Below, piece after piece: positions 12,090 through 27,039 of a stretch of DNA of 64,000 bases. The translations under genes and the position numbers were made by a program. The notes below the pieces were generated by a model. It saw only the letters and a program-made list of their open reading frames with translations, was not told the origin of the DNA and made no database searches. Position 1 is the stretch's first letter; the number at the start of each line of letters is the position of its first letter. This stretch comes from Auanema rhodensis (Eukaryota > Animalia > Nematoda), in assembly GCA_964057225.1 (NCBI GenBank), contig OZ059898.1, positions 20,832,001-20,896,000 on the forward strand. Reading direction: 5' to 3'.

Positions 12090-13050
12090 ATGCTAATTAA
12101 AGTTACACGTGATGTGCACTTGGTATGTAACTCGCTTCACGTGAATGATAAAGAGATGCGGTTTTCAAAATTAGATTCCCCATGTCCATATTAGTCTAAA
12201 AACAAATTTTTATTGATATTGGTTCATGGTAACCATGACTTTGAAATTTACGTGAACTTTAATTTATGCTAATTAAATGTACACGTGATGTGCACTTGGT
12301 ATGTAACTCGCTTCACGTGAAAGATAAAGAGATGCGGTTTTCAAAATTAGATTCCCCATGTCCATATTAGTCTAAAAACAAATTTTTATTGATATTGGTT
12401 CATGGTAACCATGACTTTGAAATTTACGTGAACTTTAATTTATGCTAATTATATGTACACGTGATGTGCACTTGGTATGTAACTCGCTTCACGTGAAAGA
12501 TAAAGAGATGCGGTTTTCAAAAGTAGATTCCCCATGTCCATATTAGTCTAAAAACAAATGTTTATTGATATTGGTGCATGGTAACCATGACTTTGAAATT
12601 TACGTGAACTTTAATTTATGCTAATTAAAGTTACACGTGATGTGCACTTGGTATGTAACTCGCTTCACGTGAATGATAAAGAGATGCGGTTTTCAAAATT
12701 AGATTCCCCATGTCCATATTAGTCTAAAAACAAATTTTTATTGATATTGGTTCATGGTAACCATGACTTTGAAATTTACGTGAACTTTAATTTATGCTAA
12801 TTAAATGTACACGTGATGTGCACTTGGTATGTAACTCGCTTCACGTGAAAGATAAAGAGATGCGGTTTTCAAAATTAGATTCCCCATGTCCATATTAGTC
12901 TAAAAACAAATTTTTATTGATATTGGTTCATGGTAACCATGACTTTGAAATTTACGTGAACTTTAATTTATGCTAATTATATGTACACGTGATGTGCACT
13001 TGGTATGTAACTCGCTTCACGTGAAAGATAAAGAGATGCGGTTTTCAAAA
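12090..13050 (+). repeat. Tandem 3-monomer duplication (528 bp)
   Basis: AGTTACAC at 12101/12629; GAATGATA and ATTATATG recur at +528. Confidence 0.8.
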
Positions 13051-16000
13051 TTAGATTTCCCATGTCCATATTAGTCTAAAAACAAATTTTTATTGATATT
13101 GGTTCATGGTAACCATGACTTTGAAATTTACGTGAACTTTAATTTATGCTAATTAAATGTACACGTGATGTGCACTTGGTATGTAACTCGCTTCACGTGA
13201 AAGATAAAGAGATGCGGTTTTCAAAATTAGATTCCCCATGTCCATATTAGTCTAATTACAAATTTTTATTGATATTGGTTCATGGTAACCATGACTTTGA
13301 AATTTACGTGAACTTTAATTTATGCTAATTAAATGTACACGTGATGTGCACTTGGTATGTAACTCGTTTCACGTGAAAGATAAAGAGATGCGGTTTTCAA
13401 AATTAGATTTCACATGTCCATATTAGTCTAAAAACAAATTTTTATTGATATTGGTTCATGGTAACCATGACTTTGAAAATTACGTGAATTTTAATTTATG
13501 CTAATTAAATGTACACGTGATGTGCACTTGGTATGTAACTCGCTTCACGTGAAAGATAAAGAGATGCGGTTTTCAAAATTAGATTCCCCATGTCCATATT
13601 AGTCTAAAAACAAATTTTTATTGATATTGGTTCATGGTCACCATGACTTTGAAATTTACGTGAACTTTAATTTACGCTAATTAAATGTACACGTGATGTG
13701 CACTTGGTATGTAACTCGCTTCACGTGAAAGATAAAGAGATGCGGTTTTCAAAATTAGATTCCCCATGTCCATATTAGTCTAAAAACAAATTTTTATTGA
13801 TATTGGTTCATGGTAACCATGACTTTGAAATTTACGTGAACTTTAATTTATACTAATTAAATGTACACGTGATGTGCACTTGGTATGTAACTCGCTTCAC
13901 GTGAAAGATAAAGAGATGCGGTTTTCAAAATTAGATTCCCCATGTCCATATTAGTCTAAAAACAAATTTTTATTGATATTGGTTCATGGTAACCATGACT
14001 TTGAAATTTACGTGAACTTTAATTTATGCTAATTATATGTACACGTGATGTGCACTTGGTATGTAACTCGCTTCACGTGAAAGATAAAGAGATGCGGTTT
14101 TCAAAATTAGATTTCCCATGTCCATATTAGTCTAAAAACAAATTTTTATTGATATTGGTTCATGGTAACCATGACTTTGAAATTTACGTGAACTTTAATT
14201 TATGCTAATTAAATGTACACGTGATGTGCACTTGGTATGTAACTCGCTTCACGTGAAAGATAAAGAGATGCAGTTTTCAAAATTAGATTCCCCATGTCCA
14301 TATTAGTCTAATTACAAATTTTTATTGATATTGGTTCATGGTAACCATGACTTTGAAATTTACGTGAACTTTAATTTATGCTAATTAAATGTACACGTGA
14401 TGTGCACTTGGTATGTAACTCGTTTCACGTGAAAGATAAAGAGATGCGGTTTTCAAAATTAGATTCCCCATGTCCATATTAGTCTAAAAACAAATTTTTA
14501 TTGATATTGGTTCATGGTCACCATGACTTTGAAATTTACGTGAACTTTAATTTACGCTAATTAAATGTACACGTGATGTGCACTTGGTATGTAACTCGCT
14601 TCACGTGAAAGATAAAGAGATGCGGTTTTCAAAATTAGATTCCCCATGTCCATATTAGTCTAAAAACAAATTTTTATTGATATTGGTTCATGGTAACCAT
14701 GACTTTGAAATTTACGTGAACTTTAATTTATGCTAATTAAATGTACACGTGATGTGCACTTGGTATGTAACTCGCTTCACGTGAAAGATAAAGAGATGCG
14801 GTTTCCAAAATTAGATTTCCCATGTCCATATTAGTCTAAAAACAAATTTTTATTGATATTGGTTCATGGTAACCATGACTTTGAAATTTACGTGAACTTT
14901 AATTTATGCTAATTAAATGTACACGTGATGTGCACTTGGTATGTAACTCGCTTCACGTGAAAGATAAAGAGATGCGGTTTCCAAAATTAGATTTCCCATG
15001 TCCATATTAGTCTAAAAACAAATTTTTATTGATATTGGTTCATGGTAACCATGACTTTGAAATTTACGTGAACTTTAATTTATGCTAATTATATGTACAC
15101 GTGATGTGCACTTGGTATGTAACTCGCTTCACGTGAAAGATAAAGAGATGCGGTTTTCAAAATTAGATTCCCCATGTCCATATTAGTCTAAAAACAAATT
15201 TTTATTGATATTGGTTCATGGTAACCATGACTTTGAAATTTACGTGAACTTTAATTTATGCTAATTAAATGTACACGTGATGTGCACTTGGTATGTAACT
15301 CGCTTCACGTGAAAGATAAAGAGATGCGGTTTTCAAAATTAGATTCCCCATGTCCATATTAGTCTAAAAACAAATTTTTATTGATATTGGTTCATGGTAA
15401 CCATGACTTTGAAATTTACGTGAACTTTAATTTATGCTAATTAAATGTACACGTGATGTGCACTTGGTATGTAACTCGCTTCACGTGAAAGATAAAGAGA
15501 TGCGGTTTTCAAAATTAGATTCCCCATGTCCATATTAGTCTAAAAACAAATTTTTATTGATATTGGTGCATGGTAACCATGACTTTGAAATTTACGTGAA
15601 CTTTAATTTATGCTAATTAAATGTACACGTGATGTGCACTTGGTATGTAACTCGCTTCACGTGAAAGATAAAGAGATGCGGTTTTCAAAATTAGATTTCC
15701 CATGTCCATATTAGTCTAAAAACAAATTTTTATTGATATTGGTTCATGGTAACCATGACTTTGAAATTTACGTGAACTTTAATTTATGCTAATTAAATGT
15801 ACACGTGATGTGCACTTGGTATGTAACTCGCTTCACGTGAAAGATAAAGAGATGCGGTTTCCAAAATTAGATTTCCCATGTCCATATTAGTCTAAAAACA
15901 AATTTTTATTGATATTGGTTCATGGTAACCATGACTTTGAAATTTACGTGAACTTTAATTTATGCTAATTAAATGTACACGTGATGTGCACTTGGTATGT

Positions 16001-19000
16001 AACTCGCTTCACGTGAAAGATAAAGAGATGCGGTTTCCAAAATTAGATTCCCCATGTCCATATTAGTCTAAAAACAAATTTTTATTGATATTGGTTCATG
16101 GTAACCATGACTTTGAAATTTACGTGAACTTTAATTTATGCTAATTAAATGTACACGTGATGTGCACTTGGTATGTAACTCGCTTCACGTGAAAGATAAA
16201 GAGATGCGGTTTTCAAAATTAGATTCCCCATGTCCATATTAGTCTAAAAACAAATTTTTATTGATATTGGTTCATGGTAACCATGACTTTGAAATTTACG
16301 TGAACTTTAATTTATGCTAATTAAATGTACACGTGATGTGCACTTGGTATGTAACTCGTTTCACGTGAAAGATAAAGAGATGCGGTTTTCAAAATTAGAT
16401 TCCCCATGTCCATATTAGTCTAAAAACAAATTTTTATTGATATTGGTTCATGGTAACCATGACTTTGAAATTTACGTGAACTTTAATTTATGCTAATTAA
16501 ATGTACACGTGATGTGCACTTGGTATGTAACTCGCTTCACGTGAAAGATAAAGAGATGCGGTTTTCAAAATTAGATTCCCCATGTCCATATTAGTCTAAA
16601 AACAAATTTTTATTGATATTGGTGCATGGTAACCATGACTTTGAAATTTACGTGAACTTTAATTTATGCTAATTAAATGTACACGTGATGTGCACTTGGT
16701 ATGTAACTCGCTTCACGTGAAAGATAAAGAGATGCGGTTTTCAAAATTAGATTTCCCATGTCCATATTAGTCTAAAAACAAATTTTTATTGATATTGGTG
16801 CATGGTAACCATGACTTTGAAATTTACGTGAACTTTAATTTATGCTAATTAAATGTACACGTGATGTGCACTTGGTATGTAACTCGCTTCACGTGAAAGA
16901 TAAAGAGATGCGGTTTTCAAAATTAGATTCCCCATGTCCATATTAGTCTAAAAACAAATTTTTATTGATATTGGTTCATGGTAACCATGACTTTGAAATT
17001 TACGTGAACTTTAATTTATGCTAATTAAATGTACACGTGATGTGCACTTGGTATGTAACTCGCTTCACGTGAAAGATAAAGAGATGCGGTTTTCAAAATT
17101 AGATTCCCCATGTCCATATTAGTCTAAAAACAAATTTTTATTGATATTGGTTCATGGTAACCATGACTTTGAAATTTACGTGAATTTTAATTTATGCTAA
17201 TTAAATGTACACGTGATGTGCTCTTGGTATGTAACTCGCTTCACGTGAAAGATAAAGAGATGCGGTTTTCAAAATTAGATTCCCCATGTCCATATTAGTC
17301 TAAAAACAAATTTTTATTGATATTGGTTCATGGTAACCATGACTTTGAAATTTACGTGAACTTTAATTTATGCTAATTATATGTACACGTGATGTGCACT
17401 TGGTATGTAACTCGCTTCACGTGAAAGATAAAGAGATGCGGTTTTCAAAATTAGATTCCCCATGTCCATATTAGTCTACAAACAAATTTTCATTGATATT
17501 GGTTCATGGTAACCATGACTTTGAAATTTACGTGAACTTTAATTTATGCTAATTAAATGTACACGTCATGTGCACTTGGTATGTAACTCGCTTCACGTGA
17601 AAGATAAAGAGATGCGGTTTTCAAAAGTAGATTCCCCATGTCCATATTAGTCTAAAAACAAATGTTTATTGATATTGGTGCATGGTAACCATGACTTTGA
17701 AATTTACGTGAACTTTAATTTATGCTAATTAAATGTACACGTGATGTGCACTTGGTATGTAACTCGCTTCACGTGAATGATAAAGAGATGCGGTTTTCAA
17801 AATTAGATTCCCCATGTCCATATTAGTCTAAAAACAAATTTTTATTGATATTGGTTCATGGTAACCATGACTTTGAAATTTACGTGAACTTTATTTTATG
17901 CTAATTAAATGTACACGTGATGTGCACTTGGTATGTAACTCGCTTCACGTGAAAGATAAAGAGATGCGGTTTCCAAAATTAGATTCCCCATGTCCATATT
18001 AGTCTAAAAACAAATTTTTATTGATATTGGTTCATGGTAACCATGACTTTGAAATTTACGTGAACTTTAATTTATGCTAATTAAATGTACACGTGATGTG
18101 CACTTGGTATGTAACTCGCTTCACGTGAAAGATAAAGAGATGCGGTTTTCAAAATTAGATTCCCCATGTCCATATTAGTCTAATTACAAATTTTTATTGA
18201 TATTGGTTCATGGTAACCATGACTTTGAAATTTACGTGAACTTTAATTTATGCTAATTAAATGTACACGTGATGTGCACTTGGTATGTAACTCGTTTCAC
18301 GTGAAAGATAAAGAGATGCGGTTTTCAAAATTAGATTCCCCATGTCCATATTAGTCTAAAAACAAATTTTTATTGATATTGGTGCATGGTAACCATGACT
18401 TTGAAAATTACGTGAATTTTAATTTATGCTAATTAAATGTACACGTGATGTGCACTTGGTATGTAACTCGCTTCACGTGAAAGATAAAGAGATGCGGTTT
18501 TCAAAATTAGATTTCCCATGTCCATATTAGTCTAAAAACAAATTTTTATTGATATTGGTGCATGGTAACCATGACTTTGAAATTTACGTGAACTTTAATT
18601 TATGCTAATTATATGTACACGTGATGTGCACTTGGTATGTAACTCGCTTCACGTGAAAGATAAAGAGATGCGGTTTTCAAAATTAGATTTCCCATGTCCA
18701 TATTAGTCTAAAAACAAATTTTTATTGATATTGGTTCATGGTACCCATGACTTTGAAATTTACGTGAACTTTAATTTATGCTAATTAAATGTACACGTGA
18801 TGTGCACTTGGTATGTAACTCGCTTCACGTGAAAGATAAAGAGATGCGGTTTTCAAAGTTAGATTCCCCATGTCTATATTAGTCTAAAAACAAATTTTTA
18901 TTGATATTGGTTCATGGTACCCATGACTTTGAAATTTACGTGAACTTTAATTTATGCTAATTAAATGTACACGTGATGTGCACTTGGTATGTAACTCGCT

Positions 19001-19360
19001 TCACGTGAAAGATAAAGAGATGCGGTTTTCAAAATTAGATTTCCCATGTCCATATTAGTCTAAAAACAAATTTTTATTGATATTGGTTCATGGTAACCAT
19101 GACTTTGAAATTTACGTGAACTTTAATTTATGCTAATTAAATGTACACGTGATGTGCACTTGGTATGTAACTCGCTTCACGTGAAAGATAAAGAGATGCG
19201 GTTTTCAAAATTAGATTCCCCATGTCCATATTAGTCTAATTACAAATTTTTATTGATATTGGTTCATGGTAACCATGACTTTGAAATTTACGTGAACTTT
19301 AATTTATGCTAATTAAATGTACACGTGATGTGCACTTGGTATGTAACTCGCTTCACGTGA

Positions 19361-22300
19361 AAGATAAAGAGATGCGGTTTTCAAAATTAGATTCCCCATG
19401 CCCATATTAGTCTAAAAACAAATTTTTATTGATATTGGTTCATGGTAACCATGACTTTGAAATTTACGTGAACTTTAATTTATGCTAATTATATGTACAC
19501 GTGATGTGCACTTGGTATGTAACTCGCTTCACGTGAAAGATAAAGAGATGCGGTTTTCAAAATTAGATTTCCCATGTCCATATTAGTCTAAAAACAAATT
19601 TTTATTGATATTGGTTCATGGTAACCATGACTTTGAAATTTACGTGAACTTTAATTTATGCTAATTAAATGTACACGTGATGTGCACTTGGTATGTAACT
19701 CGCTTCACGTGAAAGATAAAGAGATGCGGTTTTCAAAATTAGATTCCCCATGTCCATATTAGTCTAATTACAAATTTTTATTGATATTGGTTCATGGTAA
19801 CCATGACTTTGAAATTTACGTGAACTTTAATTTATGCTAATTAAATGTACACGTGATGTGCACTTGGTATGTAACTCGTTTCACGTGAAAGATAAAGAGA
19901 TGCGGTTTTCAAAATTAGATTCCCCATGTCCATATTAGTCTAAAAACAAATTTTTATTGATATTGGTTCATGGTCACCATGACTTTGAAATTTACGTGAA
20001 CTTTAATTTATGCTAATTAAATGTACACGTGATGTGCACTTGGTATGTAACTCGCTTCACGTGAAAGATAAAGAGATGCGGTTTTCAAAATTAGATTCCC
20101 CATGTCCATATTAGTCTAAAAACAAATTTTTATTGATATTGGTTCATGGTAACCATGACTTTGAAATTTACGTGAACTTTAATTTATGCTAATTAAATGT
20201 ACACGTGATGTGCACTTGGTATGTAACTCGCTTCACGTGAAAGATAAAGAGATGCGGTTTTCAAAATTAGATTCCCCATGTCCATATTAGTCTAAAAACA
20301 AATTTTTATTGATATTGGTTCATGGTAACCATGACTTTGAAATTTACGTGAACTTTAATTTATGCTAATTATATGTACACGTGATGTGCACTTGGTATGT
20401 AACTCGCTTCACGTGAAAGATAAAGAGATGCGGTTTTCAAAATTAGATTTCCCATGTCCATATTAGTCTAAAAACAAATTTTTATTGATATTGGTTCATG
20501 GTAACCATGACTTTGAAATTTACGTGAACTTTAATTTATGCTAATTAAATGTACACGTGATGTGCACTTGGTATGTAACTCGCTTCACGTAAAAGATAAA
20601 GAGATGCGGTTTTCAAAATTAGATTTCCCATGTCCATATTAGTCTAAAAACAAATTTTTATTGATATTGGTTCATGGTAACCATGACTTTGAAATTTACG
20701 TGAACTTTAATTTATGCTAATTAAATGTACACGTGATGTGCACTTGGTATGTAACTCGCTTCACGTGAAAGATAAAGAGATGCGGTTTTCAAAATTAGAT
20801 TCCCCATGTCCATATTAGTCTAAAAACAAATTTTGATTGATATTGGTGCATGGTAACCATGACTTTGAAATTTACGTGAACTTTAATTTATGCTAATTAA
20901 ATGTACACGTGATGTGCACTTGGTATGTAACTCGCTTCACGTAAAAGATAAAGAGATGCGGTTTTCAAAATTAGATTTCCCATGTCCATATTAGTCTAAA
21001 AACAAATTTTTATTGATATTGGTTCATGGTAACCATGACTTTGAAATTTACGTGAACTTTAATTTATGCTAATTAAATGTACACGTGATGTGCACTTGGT
21101 ATGTAACTCGCTTCACGTGAAAGATAAAGAGATGCGGTTTCCAAAATTAGATTTCCCATGTCCATATTAGTCTAAAAACAAATTTTTATTGATATTGGTT
21201 CATGGTAACCATGACTTTGAAATTTACGTGAACTTTAATTTATGCTAATTAAATGTACACGTGATGTGCACTTGGTATGTAACTCGCTTCACGTGAAAGA
21301 TAAAGAGATGCGGTTTTCAAAATTAGATTCCCCATGTCCATATTAGTCTAATTACAAATTTTTATTGATATTGGTTCATGGTAACCATGACTTTGAAATT
21401 TACGTGAACTTTAATTTATGCTAATTAAATGTACACGTGATGTGCACTTGGTATGTAACTCGTTTCACGTGAAAGATAAAGAGATGCGGTTTTCAAAATT
21501 AGATTCCCCATGTCCATATTAGTCTAAAAACAAATTTTTATTGATATTGGTTCATGGTAACCATGACTTTGAAATTTACGTGAACTTTAATTTATGCTAA
21601 TTAAATGTACACGTGATGTGCACTTGGTATGTAACTCGCTTCACGTGAAAGATAAAGAGATGCGGTTTTCAAAATTAGATTCCCCATGTCCATATTAGTC
21701 TAAAAACAAATTTTTATTGATATTGGTTCATGGTACCCATGACTTTGAAATTTACGTGAACTTTAATTTATGCTAATTAAATGTACACGTGATGTGCACT
21801 TGGTATGTAACTCGCTTCACGTGAAAGATAAAGAGATGCGGTTTTCAAAGTTAGATTCCCCATGTCCATATTAGTCTAAAAACAAATTTTTATTGATATT
21901 GGTTCATGGTACCCATGACTTTGAAATTTACGTGAACTTTAATTTATGCTAATTAAATGTACACGTGATGTGCACTTGGTATGTAACTCGCTTCACGTGA
22001 AAGATAAAGAGATGCGGATTCCAAAATTAGATTCCCCATGTCCATATTAGTCTAAAAACAAATTTTTATTGATATTGGTTCATGGTAACCATGACTTTGA
22101 AAATTACGTGAATTTTAATTTATGCTAATTAAATGTACACGTGATGTGCACTTGGTATGTAACTCGCTTCACGTGAAAGATAAAGAGATGCGGTTTTCAA
22201 AATTAGATTCCCCATGTCCATATTAGTCTAAAAACAAATTTTTATTGATATTGGTTCATGGTAACCATGACTTTGAAATTTACGTGAACTTTAATTTATG

Positions 22301-24464
22301 CTAATTATATGTACACGTGATGTGCACTTGGTATGTAACTCGCTTCACGTGAAAGATAAAGAGATGCGGTTTTCAAAATTAGATTTCCCATGTCCATATT
22401 AGTCTAAAAACAAATTTTTATTGATATTGGTTCATGGTAACCATGACTTTGAAATTTACGTGAACTTTAATTTATGCTAATTAAATGTACACGTGATGTG
22501 CACTTGGTATGTAACTCGCTTCACGTGAAAGATAAAGAGATGCGGTTTTCAAAATTAGATTCCCCATGTCCATATTAGTCTAATTACAAATTTTTATTGA
22601 TATTGGTTCATGGTAACCATGACTTTGAAATTTACGTGAACTTTAATTTATGCTAATTAAATGTACACGTGATGTGCACTTGGTATGTAACTCGTTTCAC
22701 GTGAAAGATAAAGAGATGCGGTTTTCAAAATTAGATTCCCCATGTCCATATTAGTCTAAAAACAAATTTTTATTGATATTGGTTCATGGTCACCATGACT
22801 TTAAAATTTACGTGAACTTTAATTTATGCTAATTAAATGTACACGTGATGTGCACTTGGTATGTAACTCGCTTCACGTGAAAGATAAAGAGATGCGGTTT
22901 TCAAAATTAGATTCCCCATGTCCATATTAGTCTAAAAACAAATTTTTATTGATATTGGTTCATGGTAACCATGACTTTGAAATTTACGTGAACTTTAATT
23001 TATGCTAATTAAATGTACACGTGATGTGCACTTGGTATGTAACTCGCTTCACGTGAAAGATAAAGAGATGCGGTTTTCAAAATTAGATTCCCCATGTCCA
23101 TATTAGTCTAAAAACAAATTTTTATTGATATTGGTTCATGGTAACCATGACTTTGAAATTTACGTGAACTTTAATTTATGCTAATTATATGTACACGTGA
23201 TGTGCACTTGGTATGTAACTCGCTTCACGTGAAAGATAAAGAGATGCGGTTTTCAAAATTAGATTTCCCATGTCCATATTAGTCTAAAAACAAATTTTTA
23301 TTGATATTGGTTCATGGTAACCATGACTTTGAAATTTACGTGAACTTTAATTTATGCTAATTAAATGTACACGTGATGTGCACTTGGTATGTAACTCGCT
23401 TCACGTAAAAGATAAAGAGATGCGGTTTTCAAAATTAGATTTCCCATGTCCATATTAGTCTAAAAACAAATTTTTATTGATATTGGTTCATGATAACCAT
23501 GACTTTGAAATTTACGTGAACTTTAATTTATGCTAATTAAATGTACACGTGATGTGCACTTGGTATGTAACTCGCTTCACGTGAAAGATAAAGAGATGCG
23601 GTTTTCAAAATTAGATTCCCCATGTCCATATTAGTCTAAAAACAAATTTTGATTGATATTGGTGCATGGTAACCATGACTTTGAAATTTACGTGAACTTT
23701 AATTTATGCTAATTAAATGTACACGTGATGTGCACTTGGTATGTAACTCGCTTCACGTAAAAGATAAAGAGATGCGGTTTTCAAAATTAGATTTCCCATG
23801 TCCATATTAGTCTAAAAACAAATTTTTATTGATATTGGTTCATGGTAACCATGACTTTGAAATTTACGTGAACTTTAATTTATGCTAATTAAATGTACAC
23901 GTGATGTGCACTTGGTATGTAACTCGCTTCACGTGAAAGATAAAGAGATGCGGTTTCCAAAATTAGATTTCCCATGTCCATATTAGTCTAAAAACAAATT
24001 TTTATTGATATTGGTTCATGGTAACCATGACTTTGAAATTTACGTGAACTTTAATTTATGCTAATTAAATGTACACGTGATGTGCACTTGGTATGTAACT
24101 CGCTTCACGTGAAAGATAAAGAGATGCGGTTTTCAAAATTAGATTCCCCATGTCCATATTAGTCTAATTACAAATTTTTATTGATATTGGTTCATGGTAA
24201 CCATGACTTTGAAATTTACGTGAACTTTAATTTATGCTAATTAAATGTACACGTGATGTGCACTTGGTATGTAACTCGTTTCACGTGAAAGATAAAGAGA
24301 TGCGGTTTTCAAAATTAGATTCCCCATGTCCATATTAGTCTGAAAACAAATTTTTATTGATATTGGTTCATGGTAACCATGACTTTGAAATTTACGTGAA
24401 CTTTAATTTATGCTAATTAAATGTACACGTGATGTGCACTTGGTATGTAACTCGCTTCACGTGA
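19361..24464 (+). repeat. 16-monomer higher-order duplication (2816 bp)
   Basis: About ten ordered markers recur at +2816: ATTATATG 19492/22308, TCTAATT 19763/22579 and 21347/24163, CGTTTC, GGTCACC, CGTAAAA, TTTTGATT and GTTTCC. Confidence 0.9.
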
Positions 24465-24753
24465 AAGATAAAGAGATGCGGTTTTCAAAATTAGATTCCC
24501 CATGTCCATATTAGTCTAAAAACAAATTTTTATTGATATTGGTTCATGGTAACCATGACTTTGAAATTTACGTGAACTTTAATTTATGCTAATTAAATGT
24601 ACACGTGATGTGCACTTGGTATGTAACTCGCTTCACGTGAAAGATAAAGAGATGCGGTTTTCAAAATTAGATTCCCCATGTCCATATTAGTCTAAAAACA
24701 AATTTTTATTGATATTGGTTCATGGTAACCATGACTTTGAAATTTACGTGAAC

Positions 24754-26918
24754 TTTAATTTATGCTAATTAAATGTACACGTGATGTGCACTTGGTATGT
24801 AACTCGTTTCACGTGAAAGATAAAGAGATGCGGTTTTCAAAATTAGATTCCCCATGTCCATATTAGTCTAAAAACAAATTTTTATTGATATTGGTTCATG
24901 GTAACCATGACTTTGAAATTTACGTGAACTTTAATTTATGCTAATTAAATGTACACGTGATGTGCACTTGGTATGTAACTCGCTTCACGTGAAAGATAAA
25001 GAGATGCGGTTTTCAAAATTAGATTCCCCATGTCCATATTAGTCTAAAAACAAATTTTTATTGATATTGGTGCATGGTAACCATGACTTTGAAATTTACG
25101 TGAACTTTAATTTATGCTAATTAAATGTACACGTGATGTGCACTTGGTATGTAACTCGCTTCACGTGAAAGATAAAGAGATGCGGTTTTCAAAATTAGAT
25201 TTCCCATGTCCATATTAGTCTAAAAACAAATTTTTATTGATATTGGTTCATGATAACCATGACTTTGAAATTTACGTGAACTTTAATTTATGCTAATTAA
25301 ATGTACACGTGATGGGCACTTGGTATGTAACTCGCTTCACGTGAAAGATAAAGAGATGCGGTTTTCAAAATTAGATTCCCCATGTCCATATTAGTCTAAA
25401 AACAAATTTTTATTGATATTGGTGCATGGTAACCATGACTTTGAAATTTACGTGAACTTTAATTTATGCTAATTAAATGTACACGTGATGTGCACTTGGT
25501 ATGTAACTCGCTTCACGTGAAAGATAAAGAGATGCGGTTTTCAAAATTAGATTCCCCATGTCCATATTAGTCTAAAAACAAATTTTTATTGATATTGGTT
25601 CATGGTAACCATGACTTTGAAATTTACGTGAACTTTAATTTATGCTAATTAAATGTACACGTGATGTGCACTTGGTATGTAACTCGCTTCACGTGAAAGA
25701 TAAAGAGATGCGGTTTTCAAAATTAGATTCCCCATGTCCATATTAGTCTAAAAACAAATTTTTATTGATATTGGTTCATGGTAACCATGACTTTGAAATT
25801 TACGTGAATTTTAATTTATGCTAATTAAATGTACACGTGATGTGCACTTGGTATGTAACTCGTTTCACGTGAAAGATAAAGAGATGCGGTTTTCAAAATT
25901 AGATTCCCCATGTCCATATTAGTCTAAAAACAAATTTTTATTGATATTGGTTCATGGTAACCATGACTTTGAAATTTACGTGAACTTTAATTTATGCTAA
26001 TTAAATGTACACGTGATGTGCACTTGGTATGTAACTCGCTTCACGTGAAAGATAAAGAGATGCGGTTTTCAAAATTAGATTCCCCATGTCCATATTAGTC
26101 TAAAAACAAATTTTTATTGATATTGGTGCATGGTAACCATGACTTTGAAATTTACGTGAACTTTAATTTATGCTAATTAAATGTACACGTGATGTGCACT
26201 TGGTATGTAACTCGCTTCACGTGAAAGATAAAGAGATGCGGTTTTCAAAATTAGATTTCCCATGTCCATATTAGTCTAAAAACAAATTTTTATTGATATT
26301 GGTTCATGATAACCATGACTTTGAAATTTACGTGAACTTTAATTTATGCTAATTAAATGTACACGTGATGGGCACTTGGTATGTAACTCGCTTCACGTGA
26401 AAGATAAAGAGATGCGGTTTTCAAAATTAGATTCCCCATGTCCATATTAGTCTAAAAACAAATTTTTATTGATATTGGTGCATGGTAACCATGACTTTGA
26501 AATTTACGTGAACTTTAATTTATGCTAATTAAATGTACACGTGATGTGCACTTGGTATGTAACTCGCTTCACGTGAAAGATAAAGAGATGCGGTTTTCAA
26601 AATTAGATTCCCCATGTCCATATTAGTCTAAAAACAAATTTTTATTGATATTGGTTCATGGTAACCATGACTTTGAAATTTACGTGAACTTTAATTTATG
26701 CTAATTAAATGTACACGTGATGTGCACTTGGTATGTAACTCGCTTCACGTGAAAGATAAAGAGATGCGGTTTTCAAAATTAGATTCCCCATGTCCATATT
26801 AGTCTAAAAACAAATTTTTATTGATATTGGTTCATGGTAACCATGACTTTGAAATTTACGTGAATTTTAATTTATGCTAATTAAATGTACACGTGATGTG
26901 CACTTGGTATGTAACTCG
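24754..26918 (+). repeat. Tandem 6-monomer duplication (1056 bp)
   Basis: Rare GATGGGCAC at about 25315/26371; CGTTTC 24807/25863; CATGATA and GAATTTT recur at +1056. Confidence 0.9.
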
Positions 26919-27039
26919 CTTCACGTGAAAGATAAAGAGATGCGGTTTTCAAAATTAGATTCCCCATGTCCATATTAGTCTAAAAACAAATTTTTATTGA
27001 TATTGGTTCATGGTAACCATGACTTTGAAATTTACGTAA

